Shown: positions 1 to 9,760, counted from the first letter of the stretch. The stretch is DNA of 64,000 nt from an uncultured Gemmatimonadales bacterium (GCA_963795085.1 CAWCFX010000006.1:416001-480000), one strand, 5' to 3'. Notes: generated from the sequence alone by a model not told the origin. Program-made: numbers and translations.

Positions 1-1
1 G

Positions 2-445
2 GCCAACTATCTCTTTATCGGATTCCCAACCAAGAGGGCCAAGGTAAGTCCGTCCATCAAGAATGTTTCGCCGGACCTTGTCAGGCATATCGGCTCAGGG
101 GCGAAAGACGGCCAATATCCACTTATTGGCCGCAATCCGCTCACACATGTCGCAATTGGCTTTGATCAACAAGCATCCATAACTGAGCAGGGCATTCGCC
201 CCATTCCTAGTCCCGGCGGCGCAAGTGGTACTGGATTATGGCGTGTCACGATAAGGCCAGCTTTGCTGGGTGGCCCCTCGGCATGGTTGGTTGCGATCTT
301 TACCGACCACCTTGAGCAGGAGAATCTACTGGTTGGCACGCGAATCATCTATCATTTTGCACTAATTCGTGATCGCTGGCCAGATTTCCGTTCAATTGTG
401 CCTTCGATTCCCTATGGCATACGTTTCCAAGTACCAAACCCGTAA
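2..445 (+). CDS. 5'-partial low-GC ORF, probable trypsin-like serine peptidase domain (cassette cargo)
   Basis: Frame 2 is open from the window start to TAA 445: ...YLFIGFP...PSPGGASGTGLW...LVAIFT...LVGTRI. G-x-S-G-x-G resembles the trypsin-fold nucleophile motif. An attC-like site follows immediately. Confidence 0.55.
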   Translation, partial: ANYLFIGFPTKRAKVSPSIKNVSPDLVRHIGSGAKDGQYPLIGRNPLTHVAIGFDQQASITEQGIRPIPSPGGASGTGLWRVTIRPALLGGPSAWLVAIFTDHLEQENLLVGTRIIYHFALIRDRWPDFRSIVPSIPYGIRFQVPNP

Positions 446-452
446 GGTGGTG

Positions 453-551
453 GCCCAACACGCGCTTGGAGTGGCCATTCGCGCCCGGCTAACCGAGGGT
501 CGCCACCATACGCTGAGCGCGGGTTGCCGCTCAAGCGCAAACCGTTCGGGT
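453..551 (+). mobile_element. integron attC-like recombination site
   Basis: GCCCAAC (R'') ... GCGCTTGGAGTGGC pairs with GCCGCTCAAGCGC, leaving one extra G, ... GTTCGGG (imperfect R'). About 98 bp imperfect palindrome directly after a stop codon. Confidence 0.7.
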
Positions 552-609
552 GCAACCGGCCGCTCCAGCTGACCTTGCGAGCAGGCAAGGCTTTTCCCAC
601 CTTTGACCC

Positions 610-841
610 ATGCCGACCCAACCACCGTTCGATTATCATGAGCTCTATGTTGCTGAGCGATCGGAAACTTGTCGAGGACCTCTGGGATTCGATAGCCCAG
701 GATGCTGAGCTCGACACCGTTCCCCTAGGTGAGGATGACAAGCGGCTTCTGGACGAACGGTTGGCCGAGCATGAGCGAGATCCCGATCGCGGCTCGACCT
801 GGGAAGAGGTAAAAGCTCGTATCCTGAAACGCGGCACTTGA
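610..841 (+). pseudogene. addiction-module antitoxin (TIGR02574-like), +1 frameshift near 663
   Basis: ATG610 gives MPTQPPFDYHELYVAER; the next frame gives KLVEDLWDSIA...LLDERLAEHERDPDRGSTWEEVKARI, typical of this family. Confidence 0.7.
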
Positions 842-993
842 TGTCGCGTTTTTAGTGTCTATAAGGATGTTCGCCGAGCTCGTGTCCGGCGCTTCCCTAC
901 GCCGTCTTCTACTTTACACGTGAGGACCTTACCAACGTCATCGCTAGCACACATGTCCGTCGTCACCCCACGCGCTGGGAATCGCGTCGCTAG
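841..993 (+). pseudogene. RelE/ParE-family toxin remnant
   Basis: DVRRARVRRF(P), frameshift, then YAVFYFTREDLTNVIASTHVRRHPTRWESRR*. N-terminal half is missing; it lies directly after the antitoxin. Confidence 0.65.
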
Positions 994-1058
994 GACAGGC
1001 TGAAGCCTGCGAGGCATCGGCGACTTTTGAGGTCTGGCATCGGCGACCTTTGAGGTCT
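991..1058. repeat. REP-like palindrome TAGGACAGGC-TGAA-GCCTGC plus 2x23 bp direct repeat
   Basis: Same palindrome as at 15176-15192 and 38775-38794 (reverse orientation). GGCATCGGCGAC(T/C)TTTGAGGTCT occurs at 1013 and 1036. Confidence 0.7.
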
Positions 1059-1275
1059 GGGAGTCGCTGCCGCGGTAAGTACCAGCTAGCCGTAAGCAGT
1101 CGGCCGGATGTGGCGCCCTGGAGCCCCTGCCCCCGGTTGGGACCAAACGGCATCGCCTGGTACAAGCCTGACCGCCCATCTATCCAATTGCCGCCGGGAG
1201 GCGGCCACGCTGGAAACCACCGGCTGGTGCCCTCCGTCCTGCCACTCCATGACCCCTGCCCCATCGCACCACCCA

Positions 1276-2475
1276 ATGACTGACACGGCCCGTCGGCCTG
1301 CCCTCGCCGCCCTGCTGGCGTGTCTTGCCCTGATACCCGGCACCCTGCCGGCGCAGTCCGCGTTCCCATTCAAGGCGCCTTTCGGTCCCTACACCCCGGG
1401 CTTTGCGGCGGCGACGCTGGACGATTCGACGCGGACGTTCGGCGTCCCGCCCACTGATGCAGCCGCTGTGAGCGTCGGCCCGGCCGTGCGGCGGCTGCAG
1501 GTGAGCACCTGGTATCCGGGCGCGGGCCAGGGTGGCTCAGCGATGCGGTATCGCGACTATGCCGGGCTGTTCGTGGCACCCAACCATGTGCCGAGCGGGG
1601 CCGCAGCCGACGCCGATGTGGCGACCCGGGCCTTCGTGGCGACGATGGGGCCCAGCGTCAACCTCGCCGACCCGCGAGTGCAGCGCGAACTCGATGCACC
1701 GGTGCGCGCGCGCCGAGGGGCGCCGCACGCTTCCGGCCGGTTCCCCGTCATCGTCTATGCGCCCAGCTTCAACCAGCCGGGCTTCGAGAACGACGTGCTC
1801 TTCGAGTATCTGGCGAGCGTCGGCTATGTCGTGCTGGCCAGTCCGTCGTTCGGGGCCGCCGGTGGGATGACGGCCGACCTGGCCGGCCTCGAGGCCCAGG
1901 CCGCCGACATCGAAGCGCTGATGGCCTATGCCCGGACCCTCGCCTTCGCGGACCCTTCCCGCATGGCCGTGATGGGCGCCAGCTGGGGCGGCATGGCGAA
2001 CGTGCTGGCGGCCGCCCGCCACCCGGCCATCGGCGCCGTCATCTGCCTCGAAGGATCCATCGGCTATTTCTACGGGCCGCTGCTGAGTACCGTGCCGTCG
2101 TTCGATGTGACGGCCTACCGGACCCCCAGCCTCTTCTTCTCCCAGGTGCGCGACGCCGTGAGCCCCGGCGAGGACTCCACCTTCGCGTTCTTCGACGCCC
2201 TCGGCCCGGTCCCGGCCTACGACATCACGATCCCCGTGCTCCGCCACATGAACTACGGGGCCCAGTTCAACCGCCTGTTCCCCCGGGCGGCGAGACCGTT
2301 CAATGCCGACCGCGCGGCGGTGGGACCGGCCTACGAGCTGATGGCCGGCTACGTGCGCACGTTTCTCGACGCATATCTCCGACAGAACCCGGCTGCCCAC
2401 GCCGCGATCGCGCAGTGGCCCGCGGTGCACGGTCAGCCCGGCGACGGCGTGATCATCCGGCGGAAAGGGATGTAG
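1276..2475 (+). CDS. secreted alpha/beta hydrolase (dienelactone hydrolase / PAF-acetylhydrolase-like)
   Basis: Signal peptide, RLQVSTWYP, GRFPVIVYAP, nucleophile elbow GASWGG, late His in RHMNY. Confidence 0.8.
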   Translation: MTDTARRPALAALLACLALIPGTLPAQSAFPFKAPFGPYTPGFAAATLDDSTRTFGVPPTDAAAVSVGPAVRRLQVSTWYPGAGQGGSAMRYRDYAGLFVAPNHVPSGAAADADVATRAFVATMGPSVNLADPRVQRELDAPVRARRGAPHASGRFPVIVYAPSFNQPGFENDVLFEYLASVGYVVLASPSFGAAGGMTADLAGLEAQAADIEALMAYARTLAFADPSRMAVMGASWGGMANVLAAARHPAIGAVICLEGSIGYFYGPLLSTVPSFDVTAYRTPSLFFSQVRDAVSPGEDSTFAFFDALGPVPAYDITIPVLRHMNYGAQFNRLFPRAARPFNADRAAVGPAYELMAGYVRTFLDAYLRQNPAAHAAIAQWPAVHGQPGDGVIIRRKGM

Positions 2476-2493
2476 GGGACACTTTCACCGAGC

Positions 2494-3432
2494 TTACCGC
2501 CCTATCCCACCGCCCTCTTCTCCCGTGCTCACATACCGCAATCCCGAATCCACGGCCAGCGTGGCAACCATCGCTCCGGGGCCCTGCTCGGCCGCGACGC
2601 GGAGCGCCGCCACGACGTTGGCTCCGGTCGAGGGTCCCGCGAAGATGCCTTCCTCCCGCGCCAGCCGGCGGGTCATTGCCCTGGCCTCCGCCGTGGATAC
2701 GCCCTCGATCCGGGTGACAAGATCCGGCTGCCAGAGCGGCGGCACGAACCCGACGCCGATGCCCTCGATCTGGTGTCCGCCCGGCGGGCCGCCGGAGAGC
2801 ACCGCCGATTCGGCCGGCTCCACCGCGGCGATGGCGATCCCGCGATCGTGCCGCCAGAGCACCTCGGTCACCCCGTGAATGGAGTGGCCGGTGCTGACCG
2901 ACTGCACGAAGGCCGTCACCTTGCCGGCGGTCGCTTCCCAGATCTCCTCGCCCAGGGGGTGGTAGCCGGCGATGGCGTCCCGGTTGTTCAGCTGGTCGCA
3001 GTACCAGTGCCCGGGCGCCCGGGCGATCTCCCGGGCGTGGCCGAGCATCTCGCGAACCAGTTCCCGGGTGATCTGCTGCCGGTCGCTCGGCACCTCGGTG
3101 ACGACCGCGCCGAAGGCTTCCATCATGTGCCGCTTCTCGCGGGCAAAGGCGTCGGAGTACACGATGCGGATGGTATGGCCCAGCGCGGCGGCCACGAAGG
3201 CGAGCGAGATCCCGGTGGTGCCCATGGTCGCCTCGACCACGGTGCCACCCGGCGGCAGCCGCCCGTCGCGCACGGCCGCCTGCACGGCGGCCAGCGCCAT
3301 CCGGTCCTTCATGCTGCCGGTCGGGTTGGCCGATTCCAGCTTCACCACCATCCGGGCCGAGCCGGCGGGCACCACGCGGTGCAACTCCACCAGGGGCGTG
3401 CGGCCAATAGCGGACAGGATGTCGAGGGACAT
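2494..3432 (-). CDS. PLP-dependent cysteine synthase family protein
   Basis: IGRTPLV, KLESANPTGSMKDR (PLP Lys), AVEP, HQIEGIG, REEGIFAGPSTGAN, DSGLRY. Confidence 0.9.
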   Translation of the reverse strand: MSLDILSAIGRTPLVELHRVVPAGSARMVVKLESANPTGSMKDRMALAAVQAAVRDGRLPPGGTVVEATMGTTGISLAFVAAALGHTIRIVYSDAFAREKRHMMEAFGAVVTEVPSDRQQITRELVREMLGHAREIARAPGHWYCDQLNNRDAIAGYHPLGEEIWEATAGKVTAFVQSVSTGHSIHGVTEVLWRHDRGIAIAAVEPAESAVLSGGPPGGHQIEGIGVGFVPPLWQPDLVTRIEGVSTAEARAMTRRLAREEGIFAGPSTGANVVAALRVAAEQGPGAMVATLAVDSGLRYVSTGEEGGGIGR

Positions 3433-3498
3433 GCCGAAAATGTAGCCGGGAGCCCTGCCCCGGGCCCCCTCCTCCAGGGGGAAACCACGAGACTTTAT

Positions 3499-3546
3499 CT
3501 ACCGCCTTATTCTACCGTCTTGTCCTACCGCCCTGTCTTACCGCCC
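3499..3546. repeat. short ~13 bp tandem repeat cluster (CTACCGCCCTGTC family)
   Basis: Four degenerate (C/T)TACCG(C/T)C units. The family recurs at 2493, 7525, 38845, 47442, 48801, 48914, 55781 and 58551. Confidence 0.8.
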
Positions 3547-4368
3547 GGCTAGATCTCCCACCCGGATCCCTCTCCGCATCCCCATCTCCACGTGCACCAT
3601 CCCCGACCCCGGGTCGGTGATCAGGCAGTAGAGCACATAATCTCCCGCCACCAAATCCACCGGCAGGTACGCCGTCTGCCCCGGGCTCATCCGCGCCACC
3701 CCGGCTATCGCCTTCGCGATCTTGCCTGGCTTCTCCGCCTCCACCCAGTCCTCCATGGTGCGGCCCGGCTCGAGCCGGGCGAGCACAAGGTGATGCAGCT
3801 GGGCCCCCACGTTCTCCACCCGCACCAGCTGCGGCCCGGCCGGCCACGTCGCCGGTCCGGCGAACGCGAAGTCCGCCAGCCGCACCTGGGCGCCGGTGGT
3901 ATCGGGTCCCGAGTCTCCGGCGGCATCGGCCGCCCGCACCACCACTCGCTTCACCTCGCCGGTGAAGGCGTGCCGATGACCATCGGCTCCCCGCCGGACG
4001 CAGGCAAGCAGGTGCTCGCCCGGGTCCAGCCGCAGCACGACCGCTCCCGTGTCCCCCACCTCGGGTCCGCCCAGCGCCGGCGCCGTCGTCGTGGGGGCGG
4101 TGTCCAGCTCGGCGAGGAACCCGTCGAGGCCACTCCCCGCGCCAGAAGGAGGGAGCCGGAAGAGGACCAGGATGTGCCCCGCCCCGTCTTCCAGGACCTC
4201 AAGCCGGGTCCATCCCGCGGCCACGCTATCGGGCGCGCTCACCGTGCCGCCCCCGACCGTGGCCACCAGCCGCGGCATCGCCGGCCGATCGGGGGCGTCA
4301 CGCGCATCGCAGCCGGCCAGCAGGATCACCACGAGGAGAGATCGAGGCCGGAGAATCGTTTCGATCAT
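3538..4368 (-). CDS. lipoprotein with two cupredoxin-like domains
   Basis: Lipobox LAGC; motifs LLACVRRGADGHRHAFTGE and VLYCLITDPGSGMVHVEMGM; paralogue of 37306-38208. Confidence 0.7.
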   Translation of the reverse strand: MIETILRPRSLLVVILLAGCDARDAPDRPAMPRLVATVGGGTVSAPDSVAAGWTRLEVLEDGAGHILVLFRLPPSGAGSGLDGFLAELDTAPTTTAPALGGPEVGDTGAVVLRLDPGEHLLACVRRGADGHRHAFTGEVKRVVVRAADAAGDSGPDTTGAQVRLADFAFAGPATWPAGPQLVRVENVGAQLHHLVLARLEPGRTMEDWVEAEKPGKIAKAIAGVARMSPGQTAYLPVDLVAGDYVLYCLITDPGSGMVHVEMGMRRGIRVGDLAGR

Positions 4369-4811
4369 GGGAATGGGCTCGAGCTGTCGGGCTGCATCCG
4401 GGAGAAGGGGAACCCGTTGCACCCGGTCCGCGGCGTGTCCGGTCGGGCAACGCTCGCCGACTCGGCGGCCTCGGCGCTCTCCGCCTGGTAGGCGCTGTAG
4501 CAGTAGGCCCACTGCCAGGGCAGCATCCCGTCGAGCGGTATCCAGTCTATCCGGGTCCAGAGCCCGCCATCGGCCGGGTTCGCCGGATCGTTCATCGCCA
4601 CGAGGAAACGCCGAACCGGATCCCAGAGCACAATGTGGTAGCGCGTGTTCGGATGCTGGACCCACTCGGCGGCCGTGATCGTGTAGCGGTTCCCGTAGTC
4701 GTCGGCAAAGGTGCCCAGCAGGGCGGAGGGCGGAGCGGCTCCGGGCACGGGCGACCGGGCAGCACAGCCGAGGACGGCCAGCGCCAGGAGGAGTAGCGAG
4801 TAGCGGAGCAT
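4365..4811 (-). CDS. hypothetical lipoprotein
   Basis: MLRYSLLLLALAVLGC lipobox; 4 nt overlap with the downstream gene; ends GCNGFPFSRM. Confidence 0.75.
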   Translation of the reverse strand: MLRYSLLLLALAVLGCAARSPVPGAAPPSALLGTFADDYGNRYTITAAEWVQHPNTRYHIVLWDPVRRFLVAMNDPANPADGGLWTRIDWIPLDGMLPWQWAYCYSAYQAESAEAAESASVARPDTPRTGCNGFPFSRMQPDSSSPFP

Positions 4812-4862
4812 ACCGGAATCTAGCGTGAGCCCGTTTCGAGGGCGCATCCCAAGTGCCAGCCC

Positions 4863-5217
4863 CACGGTGGGGCGCTCCCATTGACTCACCTCGAGCTTCG
4901 AGGCGAATTAGCGCACACGGTGGGGCATTACCAATCACCTCAACTCGAGCTTCGAGGCGCTTTAACGCACACGGTGGGGCATTACCATCACATCACCTCG
5001 AGCTTCGAGGCGCTTTAACGCAGAGAGCGCCGAGTGGAACTACAAGTCCGCAGAAACAAGGATCGTTTCAGTACTCTTAGAATGAGATTGCTTCCGCGGT
5101 TCTCGCTGTTGCTTCTGCGCTCTCTGCGTTAAAGCGCCTCGGAACGTGCGTCCACGGCAATCCCAACGCCCAACCAAGCGCCTCGGAGTGCGAATCCAAG
5201 ACCATCACAACGCCCAG
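4863..5217. repeat. MITE/REP-like palindromic element copy 1, with left end triplicated (53-54 bp units)
   Basis: Perfect 25 bp inverted repeat 5006-5030 / 5117-5141 (CGAGGCGCTTTAACGCAGAGAGCGC). CACGGTGGGG units at 4863, 4916, 4970. Homologous to 9066-9315 and 13815-14010. Confidence 0.85.
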
Positions 5218-5386
5218 TCAGGATGCCTGGGACCCCGGGTCAGGAAACCCCTGACAGGGTCTTGATCCCCTTCCCCGATTGGTTCAGTTCCTTGAGGACA
5301 TGTCGAGACCGGGACCCCTGGTTCGACGTGGATTGTGGGAGCCGGAAAGGCCGGCCCCATGTACCCTGTTCCGAAGGAGCGACATC

Positions 5387-5815
5387 ATGCGAGTCATGGT
5401 CTTGGTGAAGGCCGACCAGAATATCGAGGCGGGCGGGCTGCCCGACCAGAAGATGCTGGCCGATATGAACCGGTACAACGAGGAGCTGGTGAAGGCGGGA
5501 ATCATGCTGGATGGCGAAGGACTCCAACCGAGTTCCAAGGGCAAGCGGGTCCGGTTTTCCAAGTCGGGCACGACCGTCACGGACGGCCCCTTCGCCGAGA
5601 CCAAGGAGCTGGTGGCCGGGTTCTGGATGTGGCGGGTCAAGTCGATGGAGGAGGCGGTGAACTGGCTCAAGCGCGCTCCGTTCAGCGACGGCGCCGAGCT
5701 GGAGATCCGGCCCGTCTTCGAGGCCGATGATTTCGGCGCCGAGTTCACCCCCGAACTCAGGGAGCAGGAGGACCGGATCCGGGCCGGGGCCGAGGCGCTC
5801 AAGCACGCGACCTGA
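5387..5815 (+). CDS. YciI family (DGPF domain) protein
   Basis: AAGGAG RBS; YNEELVKAG, GEGLQPSSKGKRV, TDGPFAETKELVAGFW. Confidence 0.9.
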   Translation: MRVMVLVKADQNIEAGGLPDQKMLADMNRYNEELVKAGIMLDGEGLQPSSKGKRVRFSKSGTTVTDGPFAETKELVAGFWMWRVKSMEEAVNWLKRAPFSDGAELEIRPVFEADDFGAEFTPELREQEDRIRAGAEALKHAT

Positions 5816-5954
5816 TCCCACCATCTGACCCATGCCATCCCGGCGGGTTTCCCCGGGCGCCCGCCATTGCCGGCGGGCCCCGTGGCTGGCTCCCGCCCAG
5901 TCCTGCCGCCCAGCCTTGTCTTAGCGCCTGGCTCTATCGACCTTTGAGCCCCAC

Positions 5955-7547
5955 GTGCCCGATACCCGCCTGATTCTCCCGCCCGCCGGCAGCTCCTCGC
6001 CGCCCACCGGCGGACGGGTACGCGAGATCCCCGAAGACCTGCTCCGGGAAGCCGCCAACCGGCTCCGGCTGAGCGCCCTGATCGGCGTGGTGCTCTGGCT
6101 GGTCGGCCTGACCCTCGACCATCTCGCCCGCCAGGCGCTGGAGCCGGACAACCCGGCCTGGCGGCAGCTCCACGCGGGCGACGCGGTAGCGGCGGTCGGG
6201 ATCCTCACCTCGCTCGGTTTCTATCTCTACGCCCGGTACTCCCGCCGGCCCCCGCGGTTCATGCTGGACCTGGGGCTGGTCTATCTCGTCCTGACCTCGT
6301 TCTCGCTGGCGATTATCGCCCACGTGGGGTCCGGCGTGCATACCGCGACGATCCAGCCCACCTTCAGCTGGGTCGCCTCCCTGGTGCTGATCTTCGCCGC
6401 GATCATTCCCAACCCGCCCGGGAAGACCCTGGTGGCCGGCCTCATCGCCGTCTCCATGAACCCGGTGGCCATGCTCATTGCCCGGGCCCAGGGCGCGTGG
6501 GACTTCGAGCCGGGCAGCCACGCCTTCCTGATGCACTATCCCGACTACATCATGGTGGGCGTGTCGGTCGTCATCTCCCGGGTGGTGACCCGGCTGGGCC
6601 AGCAGGTGGGCAAGGCGCGCGAGCTGGGGAGTTACCGGGTGGGCGAACTGCTCGGCAAGGGAGGCATGGGCGAGGTCTATCACGCGACTCACCGGATGCT
6701 GGCCCGGCCCGCGGCCATCAAGCTGATCCGGGCCGGGATGCTCGGCGGCGGCGACCCCGAAGCGCTGCGACTCGCCCTCCGGCGGTTTCGCCGGGAGGCC
6801 GAGGTGGCGGCGAGCCTCCGGTCTCCCCACACGGTCGAGCTGTATGACTTCGGCGCGACCGAAGACCAGAGCCTCTACTACGTCATGGAGTTGCTCGACG
6901 GGCTGGACCTGGAGGCGCTGGTCCGGATGCACGGCGCCCAGCCCGCCAACCGGGTCGTCCACATCCTGCGCCAGGCCTGCGAATCGCTGGAAGAGGCGCA
7001 CGCCCGCGGCCTGGTGCATCGCGACATCAAGCCGGCCAACATCCACCTGGGCCGAATGGGGCTGCGGCACGACTTCGTCAAGGTGCTCGACTTCGGACTG
7101 GTGAAATCCATCGCGGACGCCGCGGCGGGTGGCGACCAGGAGCACTCGCTGGGGACGGGGATGGGACAGGCGGCGGGCACCCCCGCCTACATGGCGCCGG
7201 AGACCGCGCTGGGTGAAGCGGTGGATGCCCGGACCGATCTCTACGCCCTCGGCTGCGTCGCCTATTACCTGCTCACCGGCACGGTGGTCTTCGAGGCCGC
7301 GACCTCGCTGCAGGCGGTGGCCCGGCATATCAACGACCCGCCGGTCCCACCCTCCGAGCGGCTGGGTGCCCCGCTCCCGGCCGGCCTGGATGCGCTCGTC
7401 CTGGCCCTCCTGGCCAAGCGCCCGGAGAACCGGCCCGGCGACGCGGCCGAGGTGGCGCGACGGCTGGAGGCGGTGGAGGTGGAGCGATGGGGGGAGACCC
7501 AGGCGGCCGCCTGGTGGACAGAACTTGGCGGTAAAACGGGGCGGTAG
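5955..7547 (+). CDS. membrane-anchored Hanks-type Ser/Thr protein kinase
   Basis: Several N-terminal TM helices; GKGGMG, AAIK, HRDIKPAN, DFG, GTPAYMAPE. Confidence 0.92.
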   Translation: MPDTRLILPPAGSSSPPTGGRVREIPEDLLREAANRLRLSALIGVVLWLVGLTLDHLARQALEPDNPAWRQLHAGDAVAAVGILTSLGFYLYARYSRRPPRFMLDLGLVYLVLTSFSLAIIAHVGSGVHTATIQPTFSWVASLVLIFAAIIPNPPGKTLVAGLIAVSMNPVAMLIARAQGAWDFEPGSHAFLMHYPDYIMVGVSVVISRVVTRLGQQVGKARELGSYRVGELLGKGGMGEVYHATHRMLARPAAIKLIRAGMLGGGDPEALRLALRRFRREAEVAASLRSPHTVELYDFGATEDQSLYYVMELLDGLDLEALVRMHGAQPANRVVHILRQACESLEEAHARGLVHRDIKPANIHLGRMGLRHDFVKVLDFGLVKSIADAAAGGDQEHSLGTGMGQAAGTPAYMAPETALGEAVDARTDLYALGCVAYYLLTGTVVFEAATSLQAVARHINDPPVPPSERLGAPLPAGLDALVLALLAKRPENRPGDAAEVARRLEAVEVERWGETQAAAWWTELGGKTGR

Positions 7548-7576
7548 GACTGGGCGGTAGTGACTGGGCGGTAGGG
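7525..7576. repeat. GGGCGGTAG(G/A)ACT short tandem repeat cluster
   Basis: Four units; the second supplies the kinase stop codon (TAG 7545-7547). Confidence 0.8.
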
Positions 7577-7610
7577 CTGGACCACGCACATTCGGAAAGG
7601 TGTAGAGCGC

Positions 7611-7988
7611 ATGCGACTCAAGACCATCTTCACCCTCGCCGCCATCTACCTGGCGGTCCTCGGACTCGGCTTCATGCTGGTCCCCCGGCAGATCGGGGTC
7701 GGCGCCGTGCCTCTGGATCCCTCCCCGGCGCTGGTTGCCTATCTCCGGCTGTTCGGCGGACCCTTCCTCGGTATCGCGGTGTTGAACTGGCTGGCCCGGA
7801 GGGAAGCCCCCTCCACCGCGCTCACCGCCATCGTGCTGGCCAACGCGGTCGGGTTCGGGTGCGTGGCGGCCATGGACGTCTGGGGCGTCTTCGGCGGCAC
7901 CGCGCGCCCGATCGCGAAAGTGTTCCTGGTGATCCACGCGGGTCTTGCTGCCGCGTTCATCCTGGCATGGCGGAGTCGGCGGGCATAG
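7611..7988 (+). CDS. 4-TM hypothetical membrane protein
   Basis: Hydrophobic 125 aa ORF with GC3-rich codons. Confidence 0.75.
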   Translation: MRLKTIFTLAAIYLAVLGLGFMLVPRQIGVGAVPLDPSPALVAYLRLFGGPFLGIAVLNWLARREAPSTALTAIVLANAVGFGCVAAMDVWGVFGGTARPIAKVFLVIHAGLAAAFILAWRSRRA

Positions 7989-8130
7989 AGGGCGGGCAGA
8001 AAGGGACAGGCGTACCAGGCGGGCGGGAGGAGCGAGTTGTTGTCCGCCCCGTTCGTCCGCCTTTTTCGTCCGCCCTGTATGCCCGCCCCTTTCGCCCGCG
8101 CTTCATACCCGCGCAATCAAAAGGTCTATC

Positions 8131-8562
8131 ATGGCACTGCTGGTCGGCGTACTGCTTGGCGTGGCGGTCGGGCTCCTGGGGACCGTGAGCGGCATGGACC
8201 GGGACCGGGCGTTCTACCCCGTCGCCACGATCGTCATCGCGTCCTACTACGCGCTCTTCGCGGTGATGGGCGGAACCTCGCGGGCGCTCGCGGTGGAGAT
8301 GCTGATCGGCCTGGTCTTCCTGGTTGCCGCGGTCTGGGGCTTCAAGTCCTCCCTCTGGATCGTGGTGGCGGCCATGGCGGGGCATGGTCTCATGGATGCC
8401 GTGCACGGCAGCCTCGTGGCCAATGACGGCGTCCCGGTTTGGTGGCCGCTGTTCTGCGGGTCTATCGATATCACCCTCGCGGCTTACCTCGGCGTGGTAC
8501 TCTGGAGACAGAGGCACCGGGCAGCGGGACCAGGCGGTATGAGTTCCGTTCCCACCGGCTGA
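8131..8562 (+). CDS. hypothetical membrane protein
   Basis: DRDRAFYP..IVIASYY, HGLMDAVH, GVPVWWPLFCGSID; several TM helices. Confidence 0.8.
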   Translation: MALLVGVLLGVAVGLLGTVSGMDRDRAFYPVATIVIASYYALFAVMGGTSRALAVEMLIGLVFLVAAVWGFKSSLWIVVAAMAGHGLMDAVHGSLVANDGVPVWWPLFCGSIDITLAAYLGVVLWRQRHRAAGPGGMSSVPTG

Positions 8563-8566
8563 CGGC

Positions 8567-8962
8567 ATGCACACCGCCGCCCGGCTCGTCGTGGTGCTCG
8601 TCGGTTGTTATCTCCTCGCCCTGGGGCTCGTGGCGTGGATGGCGCCGGCACGGGCCGAGCGATTTCTCGGCGGATTCGCCGGGTCGGCACGTGCGCACTA
8701 CCTGGAGCTGTCGCTCCGCCTCGTCGCCGGCTGGGCCGTCCTCGCCTCCGCTCCCCACATGCTGTTCCCCGGGTTCTTTACTCTCTTCGGCTGGGTGCTC
8801 CTCCTCACCACCGCCGGACTCTTCGCCATACCGTGGCGGCTGCACCGGCGCTTCGCCGAGTGGGGTGTCCCCCGGGCCATGCGACACCTGAAGCTGGTGG
8901 CGGTTGCTTCGTTCGCGCTTGGGGGGTTGATCATCGCGTGCCTCGTTGCCGGCAGGGGCTGA
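8567..8962 (+). CDS. hypothetical membrane protein
   Basis: FLGGFAGSARAHYLELSLR...IPWRLHRRFA; starts 4 nt after the previous gene. Confidence 0.75.
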   Translation: MHTAARLVVVLVGCYLLALGLVAWMAPARAERFLGGFAGSARAHYLELSLRLVAGWAVLASAPHMLFPGFFTLFGWVLLLTTAGLFAIPWRLHRRFAEWGVPRAMRHLKLVAVASFALGGLIIACLVAGRG

Positions 8963-9065
8963 AGTACCGCCTCCCCTGGCAAGCCGGCCGGCCATGTCCC
9001 TCAGCGGAGTCTAGTCCATGGGCGTCAAGGGAACCCACCTCCATCTTGGCGGCCAGGCAGATGCG

Positions 9066-9315
9066 CACATGGGGCGTTCCCATTGCCTCACCTCGACCTT
9101 CGAGGCGCATTAACGCAGAGAGCACCGAGTGTAACTACGAGTCCGCAGAAACTGGGATCGTTTCAGTTCATTATGACTTTGTTTCCGCGTCCTCTTGGTC
9201 CTTCTGCGCCCTCTGCGTTAAAGCGCCTCGGAACGCGAATCCACGACAATCCCAGCGCCCGCCAGAGCGTTACAGCGCCCCGAGCCCGAATCCACGACCA
9301 TTTCAACGCCCACGC
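9066..9315. repeat. MITE/REP-like palindromic element copy 2
   Basis: Inverted repeat 9101-9120 / 9211-9230 (one mismatch); internal and flanking sequence similar to copy 1. Confidence 0.85.
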
Positions 9316-9344
9316 CAAGCCTTACAGCGCCCTCGAGCCGGACC

Positions 9345-9760
9345 TTCAACCCTTCTGTCCCCAGGCTCTACCCTGATGTGACACCGTTCCAAGGTGTCCT
9401 CCTTTTGATTCAGTCCCGGCTGCCGCGGGGGTGAACCCCATTGCCGGCCGCTCCAAGGTGACTGGCCGCCCGGATCGAGCCTCCTCTACCCCGCGTACAA
9501 CCCGCCTGCCGGGAGCTTCAACCCGATTGTCCGGCGAGTCCAAACTTCCTGCCGGGGGGTCCGAGCCTCCTGGCCGGGTGCTTCGAGCCGGCCACCCCAC
9601 CTTCCAACCCTGCATGCCGGCTGGTTCGACCCTGTTGTCCCGGGGGTTCCACCTGCCTGCCGGGTGGTTCCACCCACGTGAGGGCCGGTTCCACCCTGCT
9701 GACTCACCACTTCCACCCTGCTGCCGGGTGGTCCAACCCGACTCGATGCGTCCTCCAACG
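9345..9760. repeat. degenerate tandem array, ~20 units, period 21-22 bp, consensus ~GGTTCCACCC(T/G)NCTGCCGGG
   Basis: Core positions about 9346, 9367, 9388, 9410, 9432, 9452, 9475, 9497, 9518, 9539, 9560, 9582, 9603, 9625, 9647, 9668, 9689, 9711, 9732, 9754. Confidence 0.8.

Noticed and set aside
5934..7937. Long antisense or alternate-frame ORFs (also 19866-21611, 21752-23002, 41824-43173, 51697-53166, 58716-60059)
   Set aside because: High-GC shadows of clearly identifiable genes; Arg/Gly/Pro-rich with no motifs.
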